Shown: positions 1 through 9,681, counted from the first letter of the stretch. The stretch is 64,000 nucleotides of DNA from Desulfobacterales bacterium (GCA_046483495.1 JAWODC010000049.1:70939-134938); one strand, 5' to 3'. A program made the numbers and translations. The notes: generated from the sequence alone by a model not told the origin.

Positions 1-407
1 GCCTTTCTGAGCAGGGCATCCATGATACCCGTGCCGCTGGTGAAAATCATCCGCTCATCGCTCACTTTGATCTGAATTCCCCATTCGATCAGTTCCTGCA
101 GGCATTGCGGCGCCTTTCGGATATACTGGTCGACGAGCTTCTGGTTGTTCAGAAAACAGCCTTGTGTGACGATGTCATTGAAAACTTTTTCCGGAGTGTC
201 TTCGGGATCGCCGGCCAACCCGGGAATACGGCTCATGCTCGCGCCGTCCAGCGTGAAATCGGCACCCGCCATCGGAGTCGCCCCGCATCGGGCAAGAGGG
301 CCCTTGCTCAAGAGCAGCACCTTCATCCCTTTCTCCGCGGCTGCTATAGCGGCCCTGAAACCGGCGCCGCCTCCCCCCACCACCAATATATCGGTGTCGA
401 TTATCAC
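1..407 (-). CDS. FAD-dependent oxidoreductase of the SdhA/FrdA/NadB/AprA flavoprotein family (N-terminal part; runs off the window)
   Basis: Not in the ORF track because it is open at the edge. Manual translation from GTG at 407 (AAGGA upstream): VIIDTDILVVGGGGAGFRAAIAAAEKGMKVLLLSKGPLARCGATPMAG...DTPEKVFNDIVTQGCFLNNQKLV, i.e. the GxGxxG dinucleotide fold and SDH-like N-terminus. Confidence 0.85.
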   Translation of the reverse strand, partial: MIIDTDILVVGGGGAGFRAAIAAAEKGMKVLLLSKGPLARCGATPMAGADFTLDGASMSRIPGLAGDPEDTPEKVFNDIVTQGCFLNNQKLVDQYIRKAPQCLQELIEWGIQIKVSDERMIFTSGTGIMDALLRK

Positions 408-567
408 CGTGTGGAATCCTTTATTATGGTTCGGGTAAATTTTCTCAGGTTATGAACCGTGGTTTGGAGCAAGATACTCCAACCGGTTTCAACACCCTTA
501 GGAGGGTGGCGTGCGATAAGCAAAAGAAGGTAAAAAAATCGGCATATCGAACCCAATGGGTTCGATA

Positions 568-1230
568 TCAAAGAACCGCCGCTTTCAGTTCATCGATTCC
601 GATTCGTTCCATGAACCGGGCGGTCCGTTCTCTTTTTTTGCCGTTGGCTGCATAGTGTTCCAGGCATTTTCGGGTGAGATCGATAACGGCTTCCTTGTCG
701 AGGTCCTCGGCCACCACATCACCGATGCGTGGCCGGCCGCCGCTGTTGCCGCCGAAAATCAGTGTCCAGCCATTCTTCTTGCCCAGCACCCCGACATCGC
801 GCACATAACTTTCTCCGCAGCACATGGGACACCCTGAAACTCCGAATTTGACCTTTGCAGGAAGCGCCATGTTCTGAAAGAGATTTTCGAGCTCCATTCC
901 CAGCCCCAGAGAATCCTGCACGCCCAGCCGGCACACCGCGGTTCCCGGGCACGCCTGTGCATAGTGAACGCATAGCTCTGTGGCTCTGCCTACATCCATG
1001 CCGAGATCTTTCCAAACCGATTTCAGTTCGGATTCCTTGAGTCCCACCAGGGCGATGCGCTGACCGGACGTGATCTTCACCACCGGTATACCGTATTTCT
1101 TGACGACGCTTGCTATGGATTCGAGCACTTGAGGGTTAAGTATCCCCAGCGGCGTTCTGGGGACGATGGCATAGGTTTCCTTATCCCTCTGCAGAATTGC
1201 TCCATCAAGATGTTCCGGATGTTCCGCCAT
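568..1230 (-). CDS. Stand-alone nitrite/sulfite reductase-like protein (ferredoxin-like half domain plus siroheme/4Fe-4S domain)
   Basis: GAILQRDKETYAIVPR, KITSGQRI, and Cys motifs CPGTAVC and SGCPMCC; AGGAG RBS. Confidence 0.85.
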   Translation of the reverse strand: MAEHPEHLDGAILQRDKETYAIVPRTPLGILNPQVLESIASVVKKYGIPVVKITSGQRIALVGLKESELKSVWKDLGMDVGRATELCVHYAQACPGTAVCRLGVQDSLGLGMELENLFQNMALPAKVKFGVSGCPMCCGESYVRDVGVLGKKNGWTLIFGGNSGGRPRIGDVVAEDLDKEAVIDLTRKCLEHYAANGKKRERTARFMERIGIDELKAAVL

Positions 1231-1334
1231 ATCGATCTCCTTTCGAGTTTGTTCGGCGCCGATCCATTTCCTTTGGGCACTTTTTGCGGCATGGGTAATA
1301 ACCCCGCCGCAACTCGGGAAAGACGCACGAAATA

Positions 1335-1363
1335 ATTTTATTTTTGTTTCCCCGGTATGTCAA
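1335..1363 (-). promoter_or_regulatory. Putative sigma70 promoter for the reductase-like gene
   Basis: Minus strand reads TTGACA-N17-TAAAAT. Confidence 0.6.
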
Positions 1364-1428
1364 GGTTATGGTGTCCTCCCGGAACGGTCTTATATCGTAA
1401 ACGGCAACCATGTGAATGGTTTTGAAAA

Positions 1429-1668
1429 TCAAGGTGGAGGGATTATCCCATCCAGCACCCATTCACCGTCATGGCGGGATTTCAATATATAGCGATTCCC
1501 ATCGTCCGCCGCGACCTTGAAATAATCATATTCCGGGCTTCGCCAATAATCGATAATGACGTCGATCATGCGCTTCCTGCCATGGAGAATGAAACTGATC
1601 GGCCGCTGACCCGCCCTGTAGCCGGCATAGCACTGCACCTCGATGATTGCGTCTCGATCGGTGTTCAT
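1429..1668 (-). CDS. Small conserved hypothetical protein
   Basis: 79 aa with the pattern V-x-CYAGY...P.SF...I.D.W..P.Y.YFKV.ADDG..YIL typical of small conserved proteins; GGATT/GGCGG upstream; 17 nt after the upstream gene. Confidence 0.6.
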   Translation of the reverse strand: MNTDRDAIIEVQCYAGYRAGQRPISFILHGRKRMIDVIIDYWRSPEYDYFKVAADDGNRYILKSRHDGEWVLDGIIPPP

Positions 1669-1685
1669 CTACGGTAATCCGCCGT

Positions 1686-2279
1686 TCATGTACTGGCATA
1701 CCCTAAGGAACCGATCAGATCATCGGCTTCACTCAAGTCGGGAATATCGGTTAAATCGGGATCCTTACGCACGTCGCTCCAAAGCAGATCGACTGTCCAT
1801 GCAGCCGTCAACCCCACGACTGTGGGGCACAGCGTTGAATGTCCGCCCCTGTTTTCGTATGTTTCTATGTGTTCTGGATTCGTCCAGTCCATATCGAATC
1901 CAAGATGGGTTTTTAAAATGTCGCCGCATTTCAGGCTGCCGAGTTTGTACTTGAATTTTTCCTGAAGGGTATAGGCGAGAATGGTTGCCTTGATGTCCCA
2001 TTCTTTGCCGTCCATGAAATAATCGTAAGGCCTTCCAAGAAAATAACCGATGACGGCGCACGCGGCGGAAAATGAGCCGCATGTGTTCGAGGATGCGCCC
2101 CCGCCGGCTTCCAGGGGATGGACAGCCCTGAAAAAGGATTCATTTTTGATGCCGAAGACATCTGCAAGCGCATTGTAGGTGCACTGGGAACAGGAATGCC
2201 TGTTCTTTTCGCCTTCGAACCCGATCCTGAACGCCCTTTTCATGGCCTCTTCTTTGGTATACCGGTTGATTCGCTCCAT
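1686..2279 (-). CDS. C-GCAxxG-C-C family putative redox protein
   Basis: Spaced cysteines CSQC...GGG...TCGS...KCGDI...LCPTVV; AAGGA RBS. Confidence 0.75.
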   Translation of the reverse strand: MERINRYTKEEAMKRAFRIGFEGEKNRHSCSQCTYNALADVFGIKNESFFRAVHPLEAGGGASSNTCGSFSAACAVIGYFLGRPYDYFMDGKEWDIKATILAYTLQEKFKYKLGSLKCGDILKTHLGFDMDWTNPEHIETYENRGGHSTLCPTVVGLTAAWTVDLLWSDVRKDPDLTDIPDLSEADDLIGSLGYAST

Positions 2280-2369
2280 GATTTCCTTCTCTTGTTTTAC
2301 GTTATGCTCTCAATTTTCTGCCTCATATCGGGGGGCAGAGTGGTTTGGGCCTAGTTTATGCCAAACACT

Positions 2370-4433
2370 CTACAATGCCTCGACAGCGCCGATATCAGCG
2401 GATGAGTTCACCGGTCGTGAAACGCCAAGCTGATCGATCGGCTGCTGGGAAACACTGATGTCTTCTTCCCAAATGGAAAAGAAAATGTCATTGTTTTCGG
2501 GCAACAAACCCGACGATGGAAATAGATCCCTCCAGGCGCCGTCGCCGAGCAGTTCCGGACCCATTCCCAATATGTGCTCGTCCTCGAGGGCTGCATCGAG
2601 CTGATGCCAGAATTCGATATACGGATAATTTGCAAGCTCCTGCGTCCAGGTAATCGCCGGACCAAACCACTGAACATCGTCAAGCGTTAGCATCGGTTCG
2701 CCTGAAGGGTTCGTATAGGGCTGGGTTCCCACAGTTTCGCCGTCGGCATCGACGGTCTGTAAAAAGCTTTCAAAATGGGTTCTGAAATCGGCGGCAAAAC
2801 CGGGAAGAGTGAAACAGCTCTCGATCCTGTCGAGTACAATGGATAGAAAGTTATCGATGCCGCCGAGCCGGATGTCGTACTCGGCAAGGGTCTTGTTAAT
2901 GATGTATGGTGAAGCAGGGGCCTGGTCGATGGCCCCGGCACCGGGTTGATAATACAAAATCGCGTAATCCGATGCGTCCACCCCGGCGGAAAAGATCTCA
3001 TTGGACCGGACAATTCCAGAGTCCAGATCGAGGACCTCGGCAATTTCCACGCCGCTTCCATCACCGCTTTTTGGAAAATGCCTGCGGCACAGGGATTCCC
3101 AACCCGGCTCACCCACCGGGACAAGGATCTGGCTGAAGTCGAGTGCGCCGATGCGGTTGTAACCCATGCTTTTAAAGTGCATTAGGGATCCTGTAAAAAT
3201 ATCCTGAGCATATGCATCTCCGCCGATCTCGGAAACGGTGTTCCCGACGACCAATGAGTGGCCGATGGTGATCGTTTCGACGGCGTGAGCATTTCCGATG
3301 GTTGCGGCAATGCCGCCGGCCAGATTGGGCTTGCTCAAATCATCGGTACGGGGCACGCCGTACGTTTCGTTCTGAACAATCGTGCAGTTCTGAATGGACA
3401 AATTGCCGTTGGATATGTAAACGCCGCCGCCCCGCCAATATCCCATGGCCAAAAGAAAATCCGGCAGGCCGGGCGCCGGCTCGGCGAGGTTTTGGGCGAT
3501 GGTGCTGTTCGTCAGTTGCAATGTTTTCCGATGACCGATGCCGCCGCCGTCCGAATAAACCCCGCCGCCGTAAGTGAACAACGCACGGATGCGGTTTCCC
3601 GTGATCGAGCAACGGTCGATAACCGAAAACGTTTCCAGGTTTTCGGCCCCCCCGACAGAAAAAACCCCGCCCCCGGCTGCTCCTCCGCCTGAAACGGAAT
3701 TTCCGCTGATGATGCAATTCTCCAGATCGACAATGTCGGCATAGAGCCCGCCGCCAAAGGCACCCCGATCTCTGGACGAATCAAAATCGCCCTTGCAGGA
3801 GTTGCCGTAAATGCGGCAGTTCACCAGGCGTGCCGCTCCCCATACGGCAACACCGCCGCCGCGGGCCAGCGTCCAGGGCTGATTTTCATTTTCCGCCGAT
3901 ATGTCCTCTGCTACGCTTTTGCCCCCCGTAATCGACACATTTGCCATACAGAGGTCGCCATAAACAGCCAGCACACGGGCCGGATTGTCCTCGCCGCCGT
4001 TCCATGAAAGGGTGATGCCGGACGGCAGATCCGATGCATCGATGATGACGTTTTTTTGAGTATAAAGTGCGGACTTGCCGTAGTCCCTTTCGAAATAGCC
4101 CTCCAGGTAAGAGACCGGTCCGCTCGGCGTATCCCGCATGCCCATGACTTCACCTTTCAGCACCGAATGTTCTTCCCCGACGATGGACAGTTCGATAACG
4201 CCGCCGTCCAGGTATTCCTCGAAACGTATGGGTTGATTTTCTTTTGCTGTATCGAGTGCAGAACGAAAGGTGATAATGCCTGAAGGCGGTTCGGCGCTGT
4301 CGTCGAGACTGTTGACAAAAATGGGATCAGGAGCGGCGGCCTTTCGGTCGCTTCCGCTATCTCCGAAACATCCCAAAAACAATAGTACCGACAAAAAAAC
4401 CATTGAGAAAATCGATCGTTTCATTTTCATCAT
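2370..4433 (-). CDS. Secreted lipoprotein with right-handed beta-helix (GG-rich) repeats and a choice-of-anchor-Q-like C-terminus
   Basis: Signal peptide with lipobox LFLG-C; VNSLDD...TFRSAL; repeated GGG/N-x-I-x-x-N motifs; ends DQLGVSRP...DIGAVE. Confidence 0.7.
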   Translation of the reverse strand: MMKMKRSIFSMVFLSVLLFLGCFGDSGSDRKAAAPDPIFVNSLDDSAEPPSGIITFRSALDTAKENQPIRFEEYLDGGVIELSIVGEEHSVLKGEVMGMRDTPSGPVSYLEGYFERDYGKSALYTQKNVIIDASDLPSGITLSWNGGEDNPARVLAVYGDLCMANVSITGGKSVAEDISAENENQPWTLARGGGVAVWGAARLVNCRIYGNSCKGDFDSSRDRGAFGGGLYADIVDLENCIISGNSVSGGGAAGGGVFSVGGAENLETFSVIDRCSITGNRIRALFTYGGGVYSDGGGIGHRKTLQLTNSTIAQNLAEPAPGLPDFLLAMGYWRGGGVYISNGNLSIQNCTIVQNETYGVPRTDDLSKPNLAGGIAATIGNAHAVETITIGHSLVVGNTVSEIGGDAYAQDIFTGSLMHFKSMGYNRIGALDFSQILVPVGEPGWESLCRRHFPKSGDGSGVEIAEVLDLDSGIVRSNEIFSAGVDASDYAILYYQPGAGAIDQAPASPYIINKTLAEYDIRLGGIDNFLSIVLDRIESCFTLPGFAADFRTHFESFLQTVDADGETVGTQPYTNPSGEPMLTLDDVQWFGPAITWTQELANYPYIEFWHQLDAALEDEHILGMGPELLGDGAWRDLFPSSGLLPENNDIFFSIWEEDISVSQQPIDQLGVSRPVNSSADIGAVEAL

Positions 4434-4707
4434 TTTAATCCGGAAGAAGGTGAAAAAATGTCATGCAGCATTGATGTGACAAAGTCCTGAATGAAGCTAT
4501 TGATACCATCGGGGAATTGGATTTGCAAGGCATAAGGCCGGCACTCAGGACTGATTGTCGCCGCCCTGATATCGCCGTTGGGCCGAAGGGGCGCATCGCG
4601 CATTTGAAAACGGATGGTTAAAAACGGTTTACAAAGGCTGTAAAGAAGGTTAAATTCAGCATTCATAAACTTCAAACTTCCATCGTTCACCCCTTTCACC
4701 GGTATCC

Positions 4708-5361
4708 ATGCAACCAACGGCGACCGATATAAAAACCCGACGCCTGAAAAGGGCCGCTTTTCAGATTTTCATCCTGGTTATGCTCTCAAGTGTTTGTATC
4801 GGGGGCTATGCCGGCGTCCTTCATGTACTGAACCTGCCGTTTCGGCAGGTAAACGATAGCCTGCATCGAGAGGATGCCGCTGTCGATCTCGATATTCTCA
4901 TTCCCGGCGGCACCTATATCGACGAAAACATGACCATCCGCGAGGTGATAAAGCTGCGGTTTGCCCGTCGCTTGCCGGCAGCCGAAAGAATTGCCGGACA
5001 CCTGGTATCTCTGATTCCTGAAACCCTCCGTCACATGTTCAATGCCATCCTGTTTTTTTTCTGGTCCTTCGTTTACATGACGTTCATTCGCGTATTCACC
5101 TTTCTTCGGTATAGTCGGGCCTTGGGCGCGAGCCTGGCCCTTGGAGGGTTCACCTATTTTTTTATGCCGGATTTCTCCCCGGGGCGACTGGATGATGCGG
5201 TTTTCATGACGGCGCCGCTTGGGGTCATCGGCGCTCCCGTTTTTTTCGTCCGGTGGAGGAGGAGAAAAACCAATAAGGCAAAAGCGTCTGAATCATTGGC
5301 TTTCACCAACCACGAAACCACCCGATGTGCCTTACGAAAGGAAAACCCCAATGAACACTGA
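4708..5361 (+). CDS. Hypothetical membrane protein
   Basis: 217 aa with about four hydrophobic segments; overlaps the next start by 11 nt. Confidence 0.55.
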   Translation: MQPTATDIKTRRLKRAAFQIFILVMLSSVCIGGYAGVLHVLNLPFRQVNDSLHREDAAVDLDILIPGGTYIDENMTIREVIKLRFARRLPAAERIAGHLVSLIPETLRHMFNAILFFFWSFVYMTFIRVFTFLRYSRALGASLALGGFTYFFMPDFSPGRLDDAVFMTAPLGVIGAPVFFVRWRRRKTNKAKASESLAFTNHETTRCALRKENPNEH

Positions 5362-7726
5362 AAACATTGACTTCATTCAATCTGAAATCGGGAAACACCC
5401 TGTGGATGCCGCCGGTTCACCGGTGGGTGTCGTCCGTATGGATCCCGAAAAATCCTATGCCGGCGTGGGGGATCTGCTGCGGTCGTATATTACGCAAAAT
5501 GATGCCGAAGCCTGGGAGAAAATTTGTAAAAAAATCGATTACACCTTTGCAAATCTGGATCTTGCCCTATCCGCCCTGGCTGAGGCAACCGGATTTATCG
5601 GCGATGTCACCAGCCGGGTGGATTGTGGGCAGAAACTGCTGTTTAAGCCGAACCTGGTCAATCCGAGCAATATCGATCCCCAGACCAATGAACCGGGATT
5701 AGGCAGTACCGCCTGTACGGAATGGCCGTTTATGGCCGCCTTGATGCGCTGGTTTTACGAGAAATGCGGAATTTCCTACTACCGGATGTGCATCGGGGAT
5801 GCCGCCACCGCCATGTCTGCCGTTGCCGGCCAGTATACGGCCATAAACAATCGCAGGATAACGACCGAGGCGGTTATTGAGGGAAAGTCCGAAGACTTTC
5901 ACGGGGGGTGGGGATTTTATTTCGTTCGAAAATATCTGAGCGACAGGTGCAGCAAAGAAAGCGGCGGCAACCCCATGAATGGATTCGAAGAGAGCGTTTC
6001 AGGGACTTACATTCCGCCGGGAAAAGCCGCCGATAAGCTGATGGTGTATGATCTAAACCGCATTTTCGATGATCCGTCGAAGGGCCGGCGCATCGGCGTC
6101 AAGGACGGCGTGAACTATGATTCCATTATGCTCCACAAGGTGATCGTCGGCGGCGATCCTGAAGACGCAAACGATCGTGAGGATTATCCCGGCTGCATCC
6201 TTGTGAATGTCCCGAAGTTCAAGGTTCATGTCATTGCCCTGTTTACAAACGTCATCAAGAACCTCGGCATTGGTCTGTATCCCATGCAATACGCAAGCCG
6301 GGGAGCATTCAAGTGGGATTACAGCGCGCCCCACCGGCCTGTCCCCGGAATGAAGGCCGGTATACCTCACCAGGTGTGGGTGTCGGAATTGGACGAGCAT
6401 ACGCTGCTGCCCAAGGTGGACGACATGGGGAATGCTGTTCTTCAGAAAACCGGCGGCATAACGGCGACCATGATCGACATCATCAGGGCGGTAAAGGACC
6501 AGCAGGTTTACATGATTCATGTCGTGGATGCGGTTGAAGGCATCAATATCGACCATCAGGGCATTGGTGCAGGGACAAAAGAGCCGGAAGGCATGGTGTT
6601 TGCAGGGATCGATCCGGTCGCCACCGACCTGCTGAGTGCTCGGTATATGTTCGGTAATACGCCGCTTGAAGAATCGCTGTTATCCGGAGTGGCGGACGGA
6701 TACGGCGGGCTGTTTCCCCAATCGGTCATTATCCCTGTTGTGGAGGGAAGCACTATCGTTTCGAAAAATGGGTATGACTGTCCCATTTCCAGGGATATTT
6801 GTTTTAAAAGGTCCAAAGAAAGGGGTTTGGGCGATACCGACTACCATGTTATCGGACGAGACGGCATCACGGATAAACCCCTGGTTTCGGTGCAGGGCCA
6901 TTTGGGTATTGATGATGACGGCCGGTTTTCGAACATCATCACGAACACCCTCTATTTTGACATGTTCAAAATGCCCTGGGATCTGCAGAAAACGGCTCTG
7001 GCGTACTTTGAAGCCATTGACCGACTTTCAGGTTCCGGATTGAAACAGGATTTTCTCTCCGCCTTCGATGAAGATAAAAACGGCATCGTAACTTACGAGG
7101 AGATGGGGAAAAAAGGCGAATGGACGTTTCTATTGCATGCGGGGGGCGAAATGCTTGCCGGCATGGCCGGACTTCTCGAATCCCTTAGAAATTCGTTCAA
7201 ATGGACAATTGCCCGAATGAAAGTATCGGATGCTGCATACAATGTAAACGGCAGTGATTTTATGAGGGCATTCGGCTACGGGACAACCTGCACGGTCGCC
7301 TTTCAAATGTCGATGGCGGAAGAGGAATCTCCGGATCCGTTTATTCCGGGACTGACGTGGGGCAAGGGCAAGTGGCCGGGATTCGAACTGGCCAAATATG
7401 CATCCATTGGTTTTGCTCTCTTCGGCCGGGAATTTCCCGGTGTGGTTTCCCAACCAAGCCTTTACTACAGCGTCTTGCGGTATGCGGATCTAACGCAGAA
7501 CCAAGGAAAATTTCTGGGAGGTGAAAGGCTGCTCGCCGATCCCGAGGATATTCATCGGTATGTTGCATCCGCCGGAAAAGACCATGCGATGCTTGATTTT
7601 ACCCTGTATGTACCTGAAGGATACGATATGATGTCGGGAATCCGCCTGCCGAATGTGACATCCACAACGGATAGTGCCATTATTTTTACGGCGAGTTTCA
7701 ACGGGGGAAGAGAAATCTGGGCATGA
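5351..7726 (+). CDS. Large DUF362-domain protein with an EF-hand-like loop
   Basis: LLFKPNLV, LVNVPKFKVH, TNVIKNLGIG, DPVATD (DUF362 hallmarks); DEDKNGIVTYEE. ATG at 5351 after AAGGA is preferred over 5219. Confidence 0.75.
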   Translation: MNTENIDFIQSEIGKHPVDAAGSPVGVVRMDPEKSYAGVGDLLRSYITQNDAEAWEKICKKIDYTFANLDLALSALAEATGFIGDVTSRVDCGQKLLFKPNLVNPSNIDPQTNEPGLGSTACTEWPFMAALMRWFYEKCGISYYRMCIGDAATAMSAVAGQYTAINNRRITTEAVIEGKSEDFHGGWGFYFVRKYLSDRCSKESGGNPMNGFEESVSGTYIPPGKAADKLMVYDLNRIFDDPSKGRRIGVKDGVNYDSIMLHKVIVGGDPEDANDREDYPGCILVNVPKFKVHVIALFTNVIKNLGIGLYPMQYASRGAFKWDYSAPHRPVPGMKAGIPHQVWVSELDEHTLLPKVDDMGNAVLQKTGGITATMIDIIRAVKDQQVYMIHVVDAVEGINIDHQGIGAGTKEPEGMVFAGIDPVATDLLSARYMFGNTPLEESLLSGVADGYGGLFPQSVIIPVVEGSTIVSKNGYDCPISRDICFKRSKERGLGDTDYHVIGRDGITDKPLVSVQGHLGIDDDGRFSNIITNTLYFDMFKMPWDLQKTALAYFEAIDRLSGSGLKQDFLSAFDEDKNGIVTYEEMGKKGEWTFLLHAGGEMLAGMAGLLESLRNSFKWTIARMKVSDAAYNVNGSDFMRAFGYGTTCTVAFQMSMAEEESPDPFIPGLTWGKGKWPGFELAKYASIGFALFGREFPGVVSQPSLYYSVLRYADLTQNQGKFLGGERLLADPEDIHRYVASAGKDHAMLDFTLYVPEGYDMMSGIRLPNVTSTTDSAIIFTASFNGGREIWA

Positions 7727-7770
7727 TCGGCAAACAAAAATGCAAAGCGATCGCTTGTAGGAGATTTATC

Positions 7771-8337
7771 ATGAAGATATTGGGTCTTGTCTGCAGTCCG
7801 CGAAAGGAAGGGAACACGGAAATTCTTGTCACCCACGCGCTTGCATCCGCCCGGGAGGCGGGCGCCCAAACCGAGATGCTTCATGTCGCGGATCTGAACA
7901 TCGCACCCTGTGATGCCTGCGGCGCCTGCACGGCCGAAGGCACCTGCATCGTGGAAGACGATATGCAGACGGTTTATGAACAGCTGCTTGCAGCCGATGG
8001 CGTGATATTCGGAACACCGGTTTATTTTCTCAATGTGAGCGCCCAGGCAAAGGCGATCATCGACCGGACGTACGCCTTTTTGATGAAGGGAAAACTGCGG
8101 GGAAAGGTGGCGGCCGTTTTAGTGGCGGCACGAAGGGTGGGAGCGGGTCAGGTCTTAAGCCTTATGTACACCTACTTCAGTGCCCAGAGAATGATCATTG
8201 CCGGCGGCGGGGTCGGTTACGGCCGCGAAAAAGGAGAGGTGAACGAAGGTCCGGGCATGTCCCCCTTTCTCTCGGCGATCGAGGAGGCCAAGGCTGTTGG
8301 TAGAAACGTGGTGAAAATGAGAAACAGCATCGGCTGA
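7771..8337 (+). CDS. Iron-sulfur flavoprotein / flavodoxin family (NADPH-dependent FMN reductase-like)
   Basis: MKILGLVCSPRKEGNTE, CDACGAC...C..EDDM, GTPVYF; AGGAG RBS before 7771. Confidence 0.9.
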   Translation: MKILGLVCSPRKEGNTEILVTHALASAREAGAQTEMLHVADLNIAPCDACGACTAEGTCIVEDDMQTVYEQLLAADGVIFGTPVYFLNVSAQAKAIIDRTYAFLMKGKLRGKVAAVLVAARRVGAGQVLSLMYTYFSAQRMIIAGGGVGYGREKGEVNEGPGMSPFLSAIEEAKAVGRNVVKMRNSIG

Positions 8338-8352
8338 CGGGCGGCATCGGGT

Positions 8353-9051
8353 TTATTGCTTTTCCCATCGGGCTGCAACGAAAGCACCGGTCCTCCCCTC
8401 GTTTTGTCGGCCGTTTTTTTCGATATCGACGGCGGCAGCAGGTGCCTCATCTTTTTCGAAGTGAACAGCGGTCTTGATCACACCGCCGGCAGGGCCCAAC
8501 ATGCGCAGGTCTTCCGGAGATCGAAATATTGCTTTTTGGAAAAGTGAGTGGCCGGACTGAGCGGCATGTTTTCGCCGAGCTGCCCAGGGGCTTAAGCTGT
8601 TCAGGGTGGCCACCACTACAATTCCGCCCTTTTTGGTGACTCTGAACAGTTCCGCGAGCGCATCTTCGGCGTTTTCTATAAATTCGATTGCGGTGACGGA
8701 TACGGCTTTATCGAAAACGCCGTCGGAAAAAGGCAGCGCCGTCATATCTCCGACAACCCGGTTAAATGGTTGACCGACGGCTTTGGCGCCGGCTCTCATC
8801 AGCATGGGCCCGGATACATCGAGTCCGGTGACGGTTGCTCCTGCAGCGAGAAGATCCAGGGTAAATATCCCGGTTCCGCAGCCGGCATCAAGAATCGATT
8901 CGCCGGGAAGAGGGTTTGCCAGATCCATCAGCAGCTCGCTTTCATAGTGTTTTACCAGAGTGCCGATGGGGGATTCAAACCAACGGTCGTACCGCTCGGG
9001 CCAAGCGTTGAAAAGGCGGTCGTCTTGTTTTTGCCGGTCTGCCATGTTCAT
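8353..9051 (-). CDS. Class I SAM-dependent methyltransferase
   Basis: ILDAGCGTG motif I; GD..ALPFSDGVFD; ELFRVTKKGG. Confidence 0.9.
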   Translation of the reverse strand: MNMADRQKQDDRLFNAWPERYDRWFESPIGTLVKHYESELLMDLANPLPGESILDAGCGTGIFTLDLLAAGATVTGLDVSGPMLMRAGAKAVGQPFNRVVGDMTALPFSDGVFDKAVSVTAIEFIENAEDALAELFRVTKKGGIVVVATLNSLSPWAARRKHAAQSGHSLFQKAIFRSPEDLRMLGPAGGVIKTAVHFEKDEAPAAAVDIEKNGRQNEGRTGAFVAARWEKQ

Positions 9052-9060
9052 CGCCTTTGA

Positions 9061-9348
9061 CTAACCGATGGCGTTTTTCTTCGTTTGAAGTGTGGCATCC
9101 TTATCCCTGCGGCCATCAACTTTCAGATCGATGATTATCCGTTTTGCTCCCTCATCGAGGTGTGCCTGGTGGACGTTTTTCACCAGTTCAAAAAGCGCAT
9201 CCAAATCCGGGACTTCAATAGCGGTCGAGAGACCTCCGATTTCATATCGATACCCGGATTTCTCGATCACCCGAATGCCCTTTTTAACGTATCGGCTCAC
9301 ACTCGTTCCGTCACCGATAGGATATACCGATAATTGGGCCAGTATCAT
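9061..9348 (-). CDS. MTH1187/YkoF-like thiamine-binding protein family
   Basis: MILAQLSVYPIG..TSVSRYV...SGYRYE...T.IE...D.RRDK. Confidence 0.85.
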   Translation of the reverse strand: MILAQLSVYPIGDGTSVSRYVKKGIRVIEKSGYRYEIGGLSTAIEVPDLDALFELVKNVHQAHLDEGAKRIIIDLKVDGRRDKDATLQTKKNAIG

Positions 9349-9476
9349 GGTAAATTCCTTTATGCCCCGGCTGCAGCAACCGGATTTTTGAGGTCTTTTC
9401 CAAAATCGGCCGGCATGATTTGAACGCGTTCATCGACCGTCCATCTGCCTGATTGGTAATTTTAACTTTATTTTTA

Positions 9477-9504
9477 ATTATAGCAAACCCGCCGGATTAG
9501 GCAA
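9477..9504 (-). promoter_or_regulatory. Putative sigma70 promoter for the MTH1187-methyltransferase unit
   Basis: Minus strand TTGCCT-N16-TATAAT with an extended TG. Confidence 0.55.
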
Positions 9505-9523
9505 GCCGATCAGCAACCCTCAC

Positions 9524-9551
9524 TTGCATTGTCATGAATATTTTTTATAAT
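9524..9551 (+). promoter_or_regulatory. Putative orphan sigma70 promoter with no downstream ORF
   Basis: TTGCAT-N16-TATAAT pointing into an intergenic stretch and the 3' end of a convergent gene. Confidence 0.45.
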
Positions 9552-9681
9552 TACCGCTCATCCAAAGAAAATCGTTTCATGTAAAAGCGGCCGGTAAATT
9601 TTAACTGCATGAAAACGTTAAGTTTTTGAGGATGAAAGTTTTCCGGCCGATGAAGCAATGGAGTGAATTGGCCGTTTCTCT

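Noticed and set aside
9349..9681. TPP riboswitch upstream of the thiamine-binding-family gene
   Set aside because: No CUGAGA/ACCUG...GCGUAGG core found on the minus strand.
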